DNA of 38,601 bases from contig CAYGHQ010000002.1 in the NCBI GenBank assembly GCA_964349845.1, positions 1 to 38,601 of the forward strand. The letters run 5' to 3'. The notes beneath the pieces were generated by a model, which had not been told where the DNA came from, searched no databases, and saw only the letters and a list, made by a program, of their open reading frames with translations. This DNA is from an uncultured Candidatus Saccharibacteria bacterium. GTDB lineage: Bacteria > Patescibacteriota > Minisyncoccia > Phycocordibacterales > CAYGHQ01. Below, piece after piece: positions 1 through 8,151 of this stretch. The translations under genes were made by a program, and so were the position numbers. Position 1 is the first letter of the stretch, and each line of letters begins with the position of its first letter.

Positions 1-40
1 ATTATACTTATTTTAAACGATCGTTTAAAATAAGTCTAAT
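1..40. repeat. CGATCG-centred palindrome, copy of the 4556-4601 sequence (may be cut by the window edge)
   Basis: attatacttattttaaacgatcgtttaaaataagtctaat pairs around a20|t21 with one mismatch. The sequence matches the palindrome at 4556-4601. Confidence 0.85.
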
Positions 41-74
41 GTGTTTTATATCTATTTTTGTATTTTAGGCCTAT

Positions 75-110
75 TTTTATCCGTTCATAAAATTTTATCC
101 GTTCATAAAA
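75..110. repeat. 18-bp tandem direct repeat x2 (ttttatccgttcataaaa)
   Basis: Two exact adjacent copies at 75-92 and 93-110 in a non-coding leader. Confidence 0.8.
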
Positions 111-468
111 AACTAATTTCTTGTAAACACATTGCGCAACCATAATCGCCTACAAAAATATTACACCACGTTTTTAAAAATCATGTGCCCATTTTCATAC
201 GATCGTAAGTTATTGGTAAAAATCGTAAAATAACCTTAATTCAAGCCGTTTTTTGGTGACCATTTGAAAATGATTGACCCAGTAGTAGATTTTGGTCTTA
301 ATTTTTTGGGCGATTTTAGGGGAATTTCCTTTATTTCGCTACCGAATCAAAATTGTGGATTTTTTTGTTTAACTTTGAATTACGGAGCTCGGAATTTTAG
401 TATTTTCTGTCATTCCCGTCCCCGCCTTCGCGAGGGTAAACTCCGGGGGGAATCTAGGGTTTTATTAC

Positions 469-3400
469 CTAATTCTCCATTTCCGCCGGAGCCTGTCCTA
501 GACTGCGATCGGAAGCGGAAATGACAGAAACATCTTTCATTGTTTCCCTTAGTTTGCACCATTCGCAATCCTTCTCCCCGCAGGTTTTGTCCCAGAAAGA
601 AAAATCTAAAATTTCCAAAGCGGTTTTTTGGATGGTTTGTTTGAGCTCTGAAACTTCATCGTCGCTGATTATGAATTTTTCCTTGCGGTACCTTCCTTTT
701 TCGTCCGGTTCAAGAAAATCTATTTCCGCCGAAACCATTTTAAATCCATTTTTATTTCCCTTTGGACAGGCGTTACAATGTCCATGCCCGTCTAAAAGCA
801 ATTTGTAAAAAACAAGCTGGCGTTTGTAATTCCCGTCGGAAGATTTCGTTTTTCCCTCAATTTCGTTCCTTGTTTTTTGCCTGCCTGTCTTGTAATCTAC
901 CACATTGACTTCGGAGCCGGAGAGAATTTCAATTTTATCCAAGTTTCCCCGGAGAGGAAGGTTGATAATTTCTTTCCCCTTCTCTATCGGAAGCAATATG
1001 CCTGAAATTTTATATTCCGTCAGAGAATTCCGAGGCCAGGAATTTTTGTAAGCTCCGTAGTATCCGGAAAGAGCTTTCTCCCCTTTTTTCAAAGCTTCAG
1101 CGAAATCTTTGGAAGAAACAGGCAGACGCTTCAGAGAATTTTCAAACGCAAAAATAAAATCCTTTTTTGATAAGTCTTTTTCCTCCCGATACCTGTCAAA
1201 AAATATTTTAAGAGCGCTGTGGATAGCCGTTCCGTAAAGAAGCCACTTGTCTTTAGCCGAAGGAAGCCGGATCAAGTTGTTGAAAAAATATTTCCACGGA
1301 CATTCAAGATAGGAGTTTAAAGCTGAAACATTCAGACCCTGTTCCAGAAAAAGATGGGATAAGTATTTTTTATCGCGAAGATCAACGCCAAAAGAGCGAG
1401 GGGGCGCGAAAAGCAAGGTTTTGTCTTCCTTCCCCCCTGCCCGAGGGGGGTGAGAAGCGAATACTTGGAGCTTCGCAAGACTCTTTCTGCTCGAGTCATC
1501 GAGAGCGAAAGAGTGGACAGCTCCAGTATGGAGGGCGAGTCTGCGAGCGGGGGGGGTGGGAGGAAAGGGAGAATTAGAATCACCCGACACGCATTCTTTG
1601 TGTTCATCCGAAATCTCTTCCAAAAAAGGCGAAGGGAGAAGCCCCCTGCCGTCATCATTTTTCAAATGATAAGTAGCAATTACCTCCTTCCTGGCTCTAG
1701 TCAAAGCGACATAAAAAAGCCTTCTTTCGTCATCAAGCTCTCCCGGCGCAAAATCCGAAGAAACCAAATTTTGAGGGAGGGAAAATTCATGCTTCCCCCT
1801 GTTATTTCCCCACACCCCATTGTTGGCTCCCATGATATACACATAGTCAAATTCCAAGCCCTTTGACTTGTGAGCCGTCATAAGCTTCACCGCTTCCGCC
1901 CCGATATCCTCCTCTTTTTTTCCGATAGGAATTTCATGTTCTTCCATAACCCTCAAATGCTCCAAAAAATCCGATAGGCTCGCTCCCCTTGCAGATTCTT
2001 CCATACGCTTTGCTTCATCAAAAAAAGAGGTTATTTCTTCCATGATTTTAGCCGACCCATTTTCATTGAGCACAAAAGGCAAAAGTCCCGATTCCCGGAC
2101 AACAGCTTCAAAAACTTCCGCAAGCCCGCGGTTTTTTGCCATCCGATTCCATAAAATAAGCTTCTCGGCAAAATACAAAAATTTTTCCGGCAATTCAACG
2201 CCGGCTTCTTTGAGCTTCCTGTCGCTCTTTAAAATATCCATAAGGCGAAACTTTTCGCCAAACCTCGTCTCTAAAATTTTATAAACATCAAGATTTGAAA
2301 GACCCAGAAAATCAATAAAAAGAGCCTCGGCTAAAAGGTGTTCCTTTGACAAATCGGCGATAACTTCAAAAAGCGCCCGAAGTTTTCTCGCGTAAAGGCT
2401 CTCCAGAATGTTCGTCTCGGCAAATACGGCAAAAGGAATGCTTGTTTTCTCAAAAAGCCTTCGCAGGGAAAGCGCCTCCCGGTTTCTCCTAAATAGCACG
2501 GCAATTTCTCCAGGCAGAGCGCCTTCTTTTATTTTTCTTCCAATATCTTCCATGATAAATTTCCTTTCTTCTTCCGAATTTTCAAAATCCATCATGCGTA
2601 TTTTAGCCGCTTTATAGGCTGTTTTCCCTAAAAGCCTTACTGGCAAGAATCCTGGGGCATGGACCCCCTTTTCAATAAGGCTGTGGGAGGCATCCAGAAT
2701 CGCCTGATTTGACCTATAATTTTCCGAAAGATTTATGACGAGAGCCTGCGGATAAAGTTTTTTAAAATACAAAAAATTTCCGATTGAAGCTCCCTGAAAT
2801 CGGTAAATCGCCTGCTTCTCGTCTCCCACGATAAAAAGATTGGGGCTTTCGTGAAAATTAGCCAAAAGTTCCAAGAGTTTGTTCTGAGACAAGTTCGCGT
2901 CCTGATGCTCATCCGCTAAAATATATTGATACTTTTCTTGAAGCTCTAGAAGAAATTCTTTTTTCTTCCCCAGAGCCCGGACAGTCTCCACGATCATATC
3001 TTCATAATCGTACAGTTTATTTTTTCTTAATTTTTTTTCGTAAGCGCGGTAAACCGCAAGAAGATCCTTGTCTCTTCCTATTTTCTTTTTTAGGGTTATG
3101 TATTTCCCTTTCATTTCGCCCTTGTGAGCGCCTTTTTCGTGATAAAGATCGGGAATTAATTCAAAATTCTTCTCTTCCTTTTTTACAAATTCGGCATATT
3201 CCGCCGGATCTATATCATCCCTTTTTAAGTCTCTAATATGCCTCAAAACGGGCTTTAAATAATGATAAGGGGAGTTGAAAGTTTTTATGCTCGGCAAATT
3301 TTCTTCATCAAAAATTCTTCTCATTAGGGAAACTTGATCAATATCAGAAGCGGGTTTCGCTCCCATGATTTCCGGAAATTCTTCCGGATAAAGAGAAATG

Positions 3401-3702
3401 ATATCGTTGCAGAATCCGTGGAAAGTGCAGATATTCACCTTATAGGCTTCGGCGCCGATGATATTTAAAAGCTTCCGGCGCATGGAGTGCGCGCCGGACT
3501 CGGTAAAAGTGAGAGCCAAAATCGCGTCCGCCGGAATGTCCGTCCTCTTTAAAATATTGGCGATCCGCAAAGTGAGAATGGTGGTCTTCCCCGTGCCCGG
3601 GCCGGCCACCACCATGACAGGCCCCTCTATGGAATCCACCGCCAACTTTTGCTCTTTATTAAGTTTTTTATACAATTCCGCAAAACGTTGATCCGCAGGC
3701 AT
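469..3702 (-). CDS. UvrD/PcrA-family ATP-dependent DNA helicase fused to a C-terminal PD-(D/E)XK (Cas4/AddB-like, Cys-cluster) nuclease
   Basis: 1077-aa ORF. Helicase motifs: Walker A GPGTGKT, DEHQD, YRSNQ, LMTAHKSKGLEFD, LFYVALTRAR. C-terminal nuclease: VVDYKTG core plus cysteines CPWKYF...CGEKDCEWC. Confidence 0.9.
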   Translation of the reverse strand: MPADQRFAELYKKLNKEQKLAVDSIEGPVMVVAGPGTGKTTILTLRIANILKRTDIPADAILALTFTESGAHSMRRKLLNIIGAEAYKVNICTFHGFCNDIISLYPEEFPEIMGAKPASDIDQVSLMRRIFDEENLPSIKTFNSPYHYLKPVLRHIRDLKRDDIDPAEYAEFVKKEEKNFELIPDLYHEKGAHKGEMKGKYITLKKKIGRDKDLLAVYRAYEKKLRKNKLYDYEDMIVETVRALGKKKEFLLELQEKYQYILADEHQDANLSQNKLLELLANFHESPNLFIVGDEKQAIYRFQGASIGNFLYFKKLYPQALVINLSENYRSNQAILDASHSLIEKGVHAPGFLPVRLLGKTAYKAAKIRMMDFENSEEERKFIMEDIGRKIKEGALPGEIAVLFRRNREALSLRRLFEKTSIPFAVFAETNILESLYARKLRALFEVIADLSKEHLLAEALFIDFLGLSNLDVYKILETRFGEKFRLMDILKSDRKLKEAGVELPEKFLYFAEKLILWNRMAKNRGLAEVFEAVVRESGLLPFVLNENGSAKIMEEITSFFDEAKRMEESARGASLSDFLEHLRVMEEHEIPIGKKEEDIGAEAVKLMTAHKSKGLEFDYVYIMGANNGVWGNNRGKHEFSLPQNLVSSDFAPGELDDERRLFYVALTRARKEVIATYHLKNDDGRGLLPSPFLEEISDEHKECVSGDSNSPFPPTPPARRLALHTGAVHSFALDDSSRKSLAKLQVFASHPPRAGGKEDKTLLFAPPRSFGVDLRDKKYLSHLFLEQGLNVSALNSYLECPWKYFFNNLIRLPSAKDKWLLYGTAIHSALKIFFDRYREEKDLSKKDFIFAFENSLKRLPVSSKDFAEALKKGEKALSGYYGAYKNSWPRNSLTEYKISGILLPIEKGKEIINLPLRGNLDKIEILSGSEVNVVDYKTGRQKTRNEIEGKTKSSDGNYKRQLVFYKLLLDGHGHCNACPKGNKNGFKMVSAEIDFLEPDEKGRYRKEKFIISDDEVSELKQTIQKTALEILDFSFWDKTCGEKDCEWCKLRETMKDVSVISASDRSLGQAPAEMEN
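1425..1572. repeat. Family-A palindromic element copy lying in frame inside the helicase-nuclease CDS
   Basis: Aligns base for base with the intergenic copy at 19240-19350 (tgagaagcga..gctccgcaagactctt..gctcgagt..gagtggacag..ggtgggag). Translates on the minus strand as SPFPPTPPARRLALHTGAVHSFALDDSSRKSLAKLQVFASHPPRAGGKEDK, in the linker between the helicase and nuclease domains. Confidence 0.8.
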
Positions 3703-3801
3703 GTTATAATTATATACCTCTCTTTAAAAAGTTTGCATGGCGTAAAATTAAAACAACTGATATAATTTTTCCAAAGAGCAAAATCTTACAAGAAGGAAGT
3801 T

Positions 3802-4083
3802 ATGCTTCAAAGAAGACACCAAATTATTTGGGGAACTTTTGAAAAAGCGAGAATAAAGACAAAAACAAAACTCCTCGAAGCCATTTCACGGGGCAAAATC
3901 AGGCCAAGACTTACTCCCGAAGCGGAGGAAGACTTGATTCAAGCTTACAGCGATTTCTATATTGAAACCGCCGGAAAAAGAAGATTTCCATTATTTTTGA
4001 TTCCTTCCAAGAGACTGCGAAATCTGGAAACAGATAAGGAAGGAAGCGGCGATTGCGCAAGCAATCGCCGCAATTTTTATTGA
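3802..4083 (+). CDS. Hypothetical protein (93 aa)
   Basis: ATG preceded by aaggaag SD. No recognisable motif. The stop codon lies inside the inverted repeat at 4074-4094. Confidence 0.4.
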   Translation: MLQRRHQIIWGTFEKARIKTKTKLLEAISRGKIRPRLTPEAEEDLIQAYSDFYIETAGKRRFPLFLIPSKRLRNLETDKEGSGDCASNRRNFY

Positions 4084-4318
4084 AACTGGTTCTAATGAGC
4101 CGGCTTAGATCTCCCGACAAATTCTGAAGTGATTTTCTAGAACCAGCCGGAGTGGAAACCGCTAAAAATATGATTAAAATCCAATGATTATTTTTGCGGG
4201 AAAATTCATCAGATGGATTTTCCCGCCACTCGCCCCGTTAGAAAGTTAATGTTTATTATCTTGTAACTAAAGAATATAAAGGTAACCGCATATTCTCTAG
4301 AACCAGTTTCAATAAAAA
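4074..4318. repeat. 245-bp element bounded by 21-bp perfect inverted repeats (tttttattgaaactggttcta / tagaaccagtttcaataaaaa)
   Basis: IR-L is at 4074-4094 and IR-R at 4298-4318. A partial third copy tctagaaccag is at 4136-4146. An inner hairpin gcgggaaaat..attttcccgc is at 4196-4226. Confidence 0.75.
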
Positions 4319-4560
4319 CGGCTTAGCCAAAACCTTAAATTTCTGCTGTCCTTCAAATTCTTCAGGATGGTGAAGGAATTGAATCCACGGATTGCATATT
4401 TTTCCTCAAGAGACAAACTCTGTAATGGTTTAGACGATAGGGATAAATCTGCAATCCTCGTTCGTCCACGGATGTCAACGATGACCTGTTGACTAGAAAT
4501 TTGATGGTTTGGGTAGCCGTTTTCACTCCGACTGGTTATTAAACAACGGTCAAAACCCAT
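4309..4560 (-). CDS. Hypothetical protein (83 aa), possibly a gene remnant
   Basis: ORF only. The ATG lies inside the 4556-4601 palindrome and the stop lies inside IR-R. No motif recognised. Confidence 0.3.
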   Translation of the reverse strand: MGFDRCLITSRSENGYPNHQISSQQVIVDIRGRTRIADLSLSSKPLQSLSLEEKYAIRGFNSFTILKNLKDSRNLRFWLSRFY

Positions 4561-4601
4561 TAGACTTATTTTAAACGATCGTTTAAAATAAGTCTAATGG
4601 G
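4556..4601. repeat. 46-bp perfect palindrome with an AACGATCGTT core
   Basis: ccattagacttattttaaacgatcgtttaaaataagtctaatgg pairs perfectly around 4578|4579. It lies just downstream of the mpg stop (minus strand). Confidence 0.9.
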
Positions 4602-4662
4602 AAATCAAACTGTTTTGTCCGCTAAAATAATTTTTTCAATCGTACCCGCCCCCCACTTCATT

Positions 4663-5211
4663 TCATCTTTCAATCAAAAATCTGTAAAGTTTTTTTGACC
4701 AAACGGGGCCCGCGTAATCAACGCCGATTCTCGGCGTCTTTTTTATGATAATTTTCCTTTTCCCGCCATTCTCTTCTTCCTCTTCAATCCACAGTCCCGT
4801 TTCCGGAGAAACTTTTTTTCCGTTTAAATTTTTATCCGCCTTAAAAAGCCTGGCTACCCTCCCCGGCCCTTCCGCTTCCTCCACTCCGCGGATAAGCACC
4901 GCGGATGGATAGCCTTTTTTCCCCGTAACAATATTGATCATGTAATGCACCCCGTATACGAGATAGATATAAAACACTCCTCCTTCTTCCCACATTATCT
5001 TGTTGCGAGGCGTTTCCCCGCGGGAAGCATGTGAAGCCAAATCCTCCGGCCCGCCATAAGCTTCCGTTTCGGTTATTCGAAAAGAAATTTCTTTTCCGGC
5101 TATCCTGCCAGCAAGAAATTTTCCAAGAAGGCCTTCCGCGACTTCCAAAGAAGATCGCCGGAAGAAATCTTCTTTTAAGACTTTTTTCCCGTCTTTCTTG
5201 GCGCGATTCAT
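4663..5211 (-). CDS. mpg: DNA-3-methyladenine glycosylase (Mpg/AAG family)
   Basis: Family motifs ITETEAYGGPEDLASHA, GGVFYIYLVYGVHYMINIV and SAVLIRG. The ATG at 5211 is preferred over the TTG at 5256 used by the ORF track. Confidence 0.85.
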   Translation of the reverse strand: MNRAKKDGKKVLKEDFFRRSSLEVAEGLLGKFLAGRIAGKEISFRITETEAYGGPEDLASHASRGETPRNKIMWEEGGVFYIYLVYGVHYMINIVTGKKGYPSAVLIRGVEEAEGPGRVARLFKADKNLNGKKVSPETGLWIEEEEENGGKRKIIIKKTPRIGVDYAGPVWSKKLYRFLIER

Positions 5212-5343
5212 ATTTACAAAACAGACTTTTAAAGATGTAACTTTGTTTTCAAACAAAGATTTATAGTAAGCATAGGGAGCGATCGATCTCTCTTATCTTA
5301 AAGACTTAATCAAGATAGGCTCTCCGCGAAAGCGGGAAATATT

Positions 5344-5523
5344 ATGTGGCAAAACTATATCACAGCCCTTTTGGGGCTTTGGGTGATTATATCACCCTTT
5401 CTGGGGTTCTCCTTAAGCAACCTTAATACCAATCTGGTAATTTCCGGAGTCCTTATTATCATCTTCGGCCTTTGGGGAGCTATGACCGAACCCGGAGATG
5501 AAAGAACCCGTTCAAGAGCGTAG
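5344..5523 (+). CDS. Small two-TM membrane protein (59 aa), SPW-repeat-like
   Basis: MWQNYITALLGLWVIISPFLGFSL...VISGVLIIIFGLWGAMTEP. Below the ORF-track cutoff. Followed by an intrinsic terminator at 5560-5587. Confidence 0.5.
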   Translation: MWQNYITALLGLWVIISPFLGFSLSNLNTNLVISGVLIIIFGLWGAMTEPGDERTRSRA

Positions 5524-5559
5524 AAACAAATTAAACGCTCTTGAAATAATTTAAAGAAA

Positions 5560-5587
5560 CATTCCGCATTGATGCGGAATGTTTTTT
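5560..5587 (+). terminator. Rho-independent terminator
   Basis: Stem cattccgca/tgcggaatg with loop ttga, followed by tttttt. Confidence 0.8.
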
Positions 5588-5684
5588 AAAATTATTCCAT
5601 TTAAATTGTTCCGATCGCGGTTCTCCACAGATTATCAACTTCCTAAAAATTTTGGAGGGAAATGCCTCGTGCTAAAATCAGGAC

Positions 5685-7070
5685 ATGTCCATCAAAGCGA
5701 ACAAAAGCAGTCTGCGGATCCCTCCTCAAAACATTGAAGCGGAGATGGCGCTTCTTGGGAGCGTCTGCCTCCGCCCCGAGGCGATTTATGAAGTCGTGGA
5801 CGTTATCCGCGACACTTCTTTCTATTCCGAAAAACATAAAAAAATCTGGCGGACAATGCTTGAGCTTCTAAACAAGGGCACGCCGATTGACCTCCTCTCG
5901 CTCTCTTCCCGCCTCAAAGAAAAAGATTGGCTGGACCAGCTGGGCGGAGCCTCTTACCTTACCGAGCTTGTGAATGTCGTCCCTTCTTCCGCCAACGTCA
6001 AGCACTATGCCGAGATCGTCCACAAAAAATCAATGATGCGCGGGCTTATTGAAGCGTCCGAATTCATCTCCAGCCTGGGATTCAACGAGGAGGGCGAACT
6101 GGAAGAACTCCTGGATCTGGCGGACAAAAAGCTTTTTGAAGTTACAAACTATTCCGGCGCGCGCAAATTCGTGGAACTTAAAGATCAGCTTGGCGAAGCT
6201 TGGGAAAGGCTGGACAGACTTCACAAGTCCGGAAACGAGCTTCGGGGGGTTCCAACGGGCTTCAAGGAACTGGACGATAAGCTGTCAGGGTTTCAAAAAT
6301 CAGATCTTATAATTTTGGCCGCCCGTCCTTCCATGGGAAAAACTTCTCTTGCCTTGGATATAGCCCGCCAGACCGCCACTAAGCACAATACTCCGGTGGG
6401 AATTTTTTCTTTAGAAATGAGCGCGCAACAGCTCGTAGATAGGATGATTTCCGCGGAATCTCGCGTTGACGCTTGGAAACTTCGCACCGGACGCCTTTCC
6501 GTTGAAACAGAATTCAGCCAGATCCGTGATTCTTTGGACAGGCTGTCCAAGGCGCCGATTTTTATTGACGATCAAGCTGGAAATAACATTCTGCAGATGA
6601 GGTCGGTTGCAAGAAAATTAAAACGGGAAAAAGGCTTGGGGCTTATCATCGTGGATTACCTCCAGCTTATGGCTCCGACCCAAACCCGCAATTCCGATTC
6701 AATGGTTCAGCAAGTTACCGAAATTTCCCGATCTCTGAAGCATCTGGCCCGCGAGCTTGAAGTTCCTGTTTTGGCGTTATCCCAACTTTCGCGCGCCATT
6801 GAACAGCGCGGAGGCAAGCCTCGCCTTTCCGACCTTCGCGATTCGGGATCCATTGAGCAGGATGCGGACGTTGTAATGTTTATACATAGAGAAGATAAGT
6901 ACAATGAAAATTCAGATAAGCCGAACATTGCCGAGATTTTGATTGAAAAGCACCGAAACGGCCCTACGGGAGTGGCGCAACTTTACTTTGACGACAAGAA
7001 AACAACGTTTTTGAGCCTGGAAAAGAGCGATTTTAGCGATTTCGCGACAAACGCGAACGAGACGTTCTAA
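5685..7070 (+). CDS. dnaB: Replicative DNA helicase DnaB
   Basis: IPPQNIEAEMALLGS N-terminal motif, Walker A ARPSMGKTS, IIVDYLQLM, LSQLSR, RDSGSIEQDADVV. Confidence 0.95.
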   Translation: MSIKANKSSLRIPPQNIEAEMALLGSVCLRPEAIYEVVDVIRDTSFYSEKHKKIWRTMLELLNKGTPIDLLSLSSRLKEKDWLDQLGGASYLTELVNVVPSSANVKHYAEIVHKKSMMRGLIEASEFISSLGFNEEGELEELLDLADKKLFEVTNYSGARKFVELKDQLGEAWERLDRLHKSGNELRGVPTGFKELDDKLSGFQKSDLIILAARPSMGKTSLALDIARQTATKHNTPVGIFSLEMSAQQLVDRMISAESRVDAWKLRTGRLSVETEFSQIRDSLDRLSKAPIFIDDQAGNNILQMRSVARKLKREKGLGLIIVDYLQLMAPTQTRNSDSMVQQVTEISRSLKHLARELEVPVLALSQLSRAIEQRGGKPRLSDLRDSGSIEQDADVVMFIHREDKYNENSDKPNIAEILIEKHRNGPTGVAQLYFDDKKTTFLSLEKSDFSDFATNANETF

Positions 7071-7178
7071 GAAGGGATTAGGGGTTAGCCACTAGCCACT
7101 AGGGAAAATTCTTTTTTCGGAAATTCGCGAAGCGAATTTCCGAACCCTAATCCCTAGTCCCTAACACCTAGTCCCTTC
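7071..7178. repeat. Symmetric intergenic element: 7-nt-periodic TAG-containing arms around a central hairpin
   Basis: Left arm gaagggattaggggttagccactagccactaggg. Centre cggaaattcgcgaagcgaatttccg (7118-7142). Right arm aaccctaatccctagtccctaacacctagtcccttc. gggattaggg pairs with ccctaatccc. Confidence 0.8.
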
Positions 7179-7183
7179 TTCAT

Positions 7184-7801
7184 ATGGATACTATCAACAA
7201 ACTAATTGAATATTTCCGCGAATTTCCGGGAGTTGGTCCCAGGCAAGCCAAGCGCTTTGTTTATTTTTTGCTTGCCAGAAACAGCGCGATTTTAGAAGAG
7301 ATTGCCCGCCTGATTCTTGAACTTAAGAAAGAGATAAAAACCTGCTCCTCTTGTTTTCGTTTTTTTCCCAAAGATTTATCCAAGTCCCCTCTTTGCGATG
7401 TTTGCCGGGACGGGAGCCGCGACCGCTCCTCTCTCATGGTTGTAGCCAAAGACGTTGATTTTGAAATAATTGAGAAAAGCCGTTCGTACAGCGGATACTA
7501 TTTTATTTTGGGCGGGACAGTGCCGATTTTGGAAAAAAATCCGGAAATGAGAGTGCGGGCGGACAAACTTCTGCAAAGAACGGAGGAGAAAGCCTCCGAA
7601 GGGCTGAAAGAAATAATTGTCGCCATGAATCTTAACCCTGAAGGAGAAAATACCGGATACTATATTCAAAATCTTCTAAAGCCGGTGGCGGAAAAATTAA
7701 ATCTCAAAGTTTCCGTTTTGGGGCGGGGGCTTTCCACGGGAACAGAACTGGAATATTCGGACGCTGAGACGATCAAAAACGCTCTTAAGAATAGGGATTA
7801 G
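7184..7801 (+). CDS. recR: Recombination protein RecR
   Basis: HhH motif FPGVGPRQAKRFVYFLL, C4 zinc finger CSSC...CDVC, Toprim-like C-terminal half. Confidence 0.93.
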   Translation: MDTINKLIEYFREFPGVGPRQAKRFVYFLLARNSAILEEIARLILELKKEIKTCSSCFRFFPKDLSKSPLCDVCRDGSRDRSSLMVVAKDVDFEIIEKSRSYSGYYFILGGTVPILEKNPEMRVRADKLLQRTEEKASEGLKEIIVAMNLNPEGENTGYYIQNLLKPVAEKLNLKVSVLGRGLSTGTELEYSDAETIKNALKNRD

Positions 7802-7871
7802 GGAAGTTAGCAGGTAGTAGCGAGTAGTTAATAGAAGATAAGGCCGGATTTTGCTTCGCAAAATCCGGCTA

Positions 7872-7898
7872 TTGACTTATTAGAGTACTTAGTATAAT
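7872..7898 (+). promoter_or_regulatory. Candidate sigma70-type promoter (TTGACT-15 nt-TATAAT)
   Basis: ttgact at 7872-7877 and tataat at 7893-7898. The spacer is short by 1-2 nt. Confidence 0.45.
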
Positions 7899-8070
7899 AT
7901 TAAAAAACTATGGATAATGCATACAAAAAAATAGGCGCGAAACGCGGGAACAGAAAAAACCCCGCACTTTTCGCTGTTTTAATGTTGCCTATCTCTTCTT
8001 TTCTTATGGAAAAGTTAAAATTGCGCTGTGTTTTAAGCATTTGAATTTACAAAATTTTTCGAATCCTTCA

Positions 8071-8096
8071 AACGCCGCGCACACCGCGGCGTTTTA
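8071..8096 (+). terminator. Rho-independent terminator
   Basis: Stem aacgccgcg/cgcggcgtt with loop cacac, followed by ttat. Confidence 0.6.
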
Positions 8097-8151
8097 TATT
8101 CCCTTAGGGAATATAAAAGTTCTTTGACTTTCAACAAAATAAGGAGAAAAA

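Noticed and set aside
264-808. ORFs 264..524 (+) and 521..808 (+)
   Set aside because: The first lies in non-coding leader and repeat DNA (the cattcccg...gggaatc hairpin family). The second is antisense to the nuclease domain of the 1077-aa gene.
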